From: an uncultured virus (IMG/VR IMGVR_UViG_3300028593_000005) | Taxonomy: Duplodnaviria > Heunggongvirae > Uroviricota > Caudoviricetes | IMG/VR virus record: IMGVR_UViG_3300028593_000005 | Reading direction: 5' to 3' (one strand) | Length of the DNA: 20,000 nt | Shown: positions 17,801 through 20,000 of the stretch, piece after piece | How the letters are laid out: every line of letters starts with the position of its first letter | How positions within the stretch are numbered: position 1 is the stretch's first letter | Program-made: the position numbers and the translations under genes | Notes under the pieces: generated by a model | The model's input: the letters and a program-made list of their open reading frames with translations, nothing else | The model's database searches: none | Told to the model about the DNA's origin: nothing

Positions 17801-18502
17801 GTGGCTTCTTTCAAACAAATGCAGAAGCAATACCAAGCCAAATATGGTGACATTCCACTCGACTATAAAGAGAGATTAGAGTGGATGTACGATCAATACA
17901 AGATAGATGATCAACTTGCTAAGCAGATTCTCTCTGAGAAAGCTAGACGAATGGAGAATCTGTACTATAATCAGATATCATTTGTACTGTATATGGTACC
18001 AGAAGGTGCTAAACGTCCTAGATATAGGCTAATCAACAGATCTAACATCACAGAGTTCGCTAAGAGCTCTGACTTTATTCATGTGTACTCCCCTGGAGCT
18101 TCACAGAATAATGCATACATGAGAAGAGTAGTAGATTCAGGAGAGCTAGATGAGCTCAATCAGATCATCTGCACACCATGCGATGTAACGTATAGAGCTT
18201 ATTTCCCAACTCCTAGCTACTATAACAGAGTAGAAAAGTTCATTGCAGAGATAGGACTAGATCGTCATATCTATAAACCAGACTTCGACAACATTGCTAA
18301 GCTATATGCAGACATGTACAATGCGAATGTATGGATTGACGATATGCTTACTATAAGAGGATTAGTTGAAAAGTACTACTCTATTCTCCCTAGAGTAGAA
18401 ATAGACCTCCTCTATATGAATGCAGTATATAACAAGCATCAATACAAGAGCATCACTGCTCGTAAAGACTTTACGGAAGGAATGAATTTGACTTATGTAT
18501 GA
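17801..18502 (+). CDS. rusA: RusA-like Holliday junction resolvase (start revised to GTG 17801; 233 aa)
   Basis: RPR, VYSP, YFPTP, KPDFDNIAK...D.YN..VWIDD...KYYS..PRVEI match the RusA catalytic pattern. SD-like AAAGGCGGTG (17786-17795) precedes GTG 17801, whereas GTG 17762 lies only 3 nt after the predicted TSS. Confidence 0.85.
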   Translation: MASFKQMQKQYQAKYGDIPLDYKERLEWMYDQYKIDDQLAKQILSEKARRMENLYYNQISFVLYMVPEGAKRPRYRLINRSNITEFAKSSDFIHVYSPGASQNNAYMRRVVDSGELDELNQIICTPCDVTYRAYFPTPSYYNRVEKFIAEIGLDRHIYKPDFDNIAKLYADMYNANVWIDDMLTIRGLVEKYYSILPRVEIDLLYMNAVYNKHQYKSITARKDFTEGMNLTYV

Positions 18503-18854
18503 TAAGAAACTGAGTGAGGATATAGATAAGATGACTTACGGAAGAGTACATCTCTGGGATAAGCTGTATTGTGATGAGAAGTGTGGTAAGGATTTCGCAG
18601 AGATACTTAATAAACGCTTCGGAACAGATATACGGCAGGACACTGCTACTAGCACTTATACTTTCGAATTGGATACAAGACTTGATATAAATCTGGTATC
18701 TGAGACAGTTAAGGAATGTGTAGTAGAAGCTATCGAAAGTATGCATAACAATAATGACATCACTGACGAAGAGTATAATGACTTCAAGTCATTAGAAGAC
18801 AACCTTTTCATAATCACTACACGAATCGAAAAGAAGTACTTCATAAAGGTATAA
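18495..18854 (+). CDS. Hypothetical acidic protein, probably translationally coupled to the RusA-like gene
   Basis: 119-aa ORF overlapping the upstream gene by 8 nt, with purine-rich GGAAGGAA upstream. Ends immediately before the terminator hairpin. Confidence 0.7.
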   Translation: MYDKKLSEDIDKMTYGRVHLWDKLYCDEKCGKDFAEILNKRFGTDIRQDTATSTYTFELDTRLDINLVSETVKECVVEAIESMHNNNDITDEEYNDFKSLEDNLFIITTRIEKKYFIKV

Positions 18855-18857
18855 GAA

Positions 18858-18883
18858 AGTGGGTAGGGATTTCCCTACCCACT
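18858..18883. terminator. Probable bidirectional terminator between convergent genes
   Basis: 11-bp perfect stem AGTGGGTAGGG / ATTT / CCCTACCCACT fills the 33-nt gap between two stop codons. A/T-rich flanks on both sides. Confidence 0.8.
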
Positions 18884-18887
18884 CTTA

Positions 18888-19817
18888 TTAACCTTCTTTA
18901 AGATCAGCAATGAGCTTCTCGATGTAAGACTCATCAATCTTAATAAGTTTCAATGTGTTGAGTGTCTCGAGGAATGTATACATAACCTCGCAGTGCTCAA
19001 CTACTGCGTCCATATTCAGGCTAGAGTTCTCAATGAAGATCTTCTTAGCATCTTCGTTCTTGAATGCAGACTCAGATACAGAGTACACCATAGCTTCGAA
19101 GACACCCTTAGTCTTACCAGCTCTGATGTCTGTAATCTTTCTCTTAGCGTTCATCGCATAAGCTTCCTTAAGGTTCTCATCCTTGTCATTCTTCTCGATC
19201 TTCTTCTTAGTAGAGTCGAGAATAGACTTGATCTGTTCCTTAGCAGCATTGTTAGAATCGATGAACTCTGCCGTAGCGCTCTTAACCTTAGTTCTGATGG
19301 CTGTGATAGCAGAATCAGCGTTAACCTTATCGATATCCTTGAAGAACTTCTTCTTCTGATCATCCCTGATCTTCAGAGTAGCCTGATTCTTGGGATCAGC
19401 TTTCTCACAGATAGAGTCGATATTGTTCTGGATGATGTAAGCGAACTCGCTCATGATATAAGAAGTACCTCTCCACTTTCTAAGAAGGTTCTGAGAACCG
19501 TTCTCATTAACGAAGTTTGTAGAGAGTACTCTGAGAAGATCTTTGTTATAGCCATTCTCAAGTATCATTGAGTCAGTACAGCTTGCTGTCAGACAGTATA
19601 CAGTCTCTGCTACCAGAGTATCTGTAACTTCCTGCTTGAATCTGCCATATGCCGCTGCAGCTTCGTCGTTTGCGTAACGGCGAGCATAGTAGTCTTCTCT
19701 GTCAGACTGTTCAAGGATTGCTTTAGCCTTAAGTCTTTCACTAGGTATAGCTGCTTCCTTAACAGCTCTTTCCTTATATGCTAAAGCTTCCCGTATTTCG
19801 GTCTCTCTATAGTTCAT
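18888..19817 (-). CDS. Hypothetical helical protein, possibly a virion (head) protein
   Basis: 309-aa ORF with SD AAGGAGGT (19825-19832, minus) 7 nt before the ATG, tandem TAA TAA stop, and its own AAC-N7-TAA promoter. No catalytic motif recognised. Confidence 0.75.
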   Translation of the reverse strand: MNYRETEIREALAYKERAVKEAAIPSERLKAKAILEQSDREDYYARRYANDEAAAAYGRFKQEVTDTLVAETVYCLTASCTDSMILENGYNKDLLRVLSTNFVNENGSQNLLRKWRGTSYIMSEFAYIIQNNIDSICEKADPKNQATLKIRDDQKKKFFKDIDKVNADSAITAIRTKVKSATAEFIDSNNAAKEQIKSILDSTKKKIEKNDKDENLKEAYAMNAKRKITDIRAGKTKGVFEAMVYSVSESAFKNEDAKKIFIENSSLNMDAVVEHCEVMYTFLETLNTLKLIKIDESYIEKLIADLKEG

Positions 19818-19844
19818 TAGATTTACCTCCTTCTAGGTATAGTT

Positions 19845-19857
19845 TTATTATAAAGTT
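19845..19857 (-). promoter_or_regulatory. Putative phage promoter AACT-TTATAA-TAA
   Basis: AAC-N7-TAA in the 42-nt gap upstream of the 309-aa gene. One mismatch to AACA-N6-TA. Confidence 0.55.
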
Positions 19858-19859
19858 CA

Positions 19860-20000
19860 TTACGAAACTATCTCGATACTGATGAATGAAGTGCCAGTGC
19901 TATCGTCAGTATTGACATTGAGGAACTCTGGGACTATATTGAGCAGCTCCATATTCTCATCCGTAATGATATGCTGCATTGTAGCATTGTACTTGTTGAA
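19860..20000 (-). CDS. 3' end (46 codons) of a gene entering from beyond the window; function unknown
   Basis: Open minus-strand frame FNKYNATMQHIITDENMELLNIVPEFLNVNTDDSTGTSFISIEIVS, then TAA TGA. Codon usage resembles the neighbouring genes. Not listed in the ORF track. Confidence 0.7.
   Translation of the reverse strand, partial: FNKYNATMQHIITDENMELLNIVPEFLNVNTDDSTGTSFISIEIVS

Noticed and set aside
1..20000. Stop-codon reassignment (no gene ends in TAG; the single primary TGA stop is followed by TAA)
   Set aside because: All genes, including a 4411-codon ORF, are intact and tightly packed in the standard code. Seven stops are too few to infer recoding.
1..20000. tRNA, rRNA or large ncRNA genes
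   Set aside because: Intergenic gaps are at most 141 bp and are filled by promoters, SD sites and hairpins. No cloverleaf was seen.

Overview
20 kb of a lytic jumbo myovirus-type genome, most like the phiKZ/AR9(PBS1) supergroup. It has about 40% GC by eye, standard genetic code, and near-perfect AAGGAGG Shine-Dalgarno sites suggesting a Bacillota host. Contents in order: (1) the C-terminal half of a split family-B DNA polymerase (motifs B and C present; exonuclease and motif A absent; ~200-aa insert). (2) A divergently transcribed 4411-aa tape-measure-like virion protein ending in three cell-wall hydrolase-type domains (C39-like papain fold, phage tail lysozyme, M23), separated by recurring G-x-G motifs. 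(3) A T4 gp48-like tail-tube/baseplate protein. (4) A RusA-like resolvase. (5) Two hypothetical genes and the 3' end of a third. All five visible transcription-unit starts carry AAC-N7-TAA, matching the AR9 non-virion RNA polymerase late promoter. The terminator hairpins share a GTAG(A)GG/CC(T)CTAC core. A hairpin just before the polymerase SD resembles a translational operator. All calls come from motif reading, not database searches.
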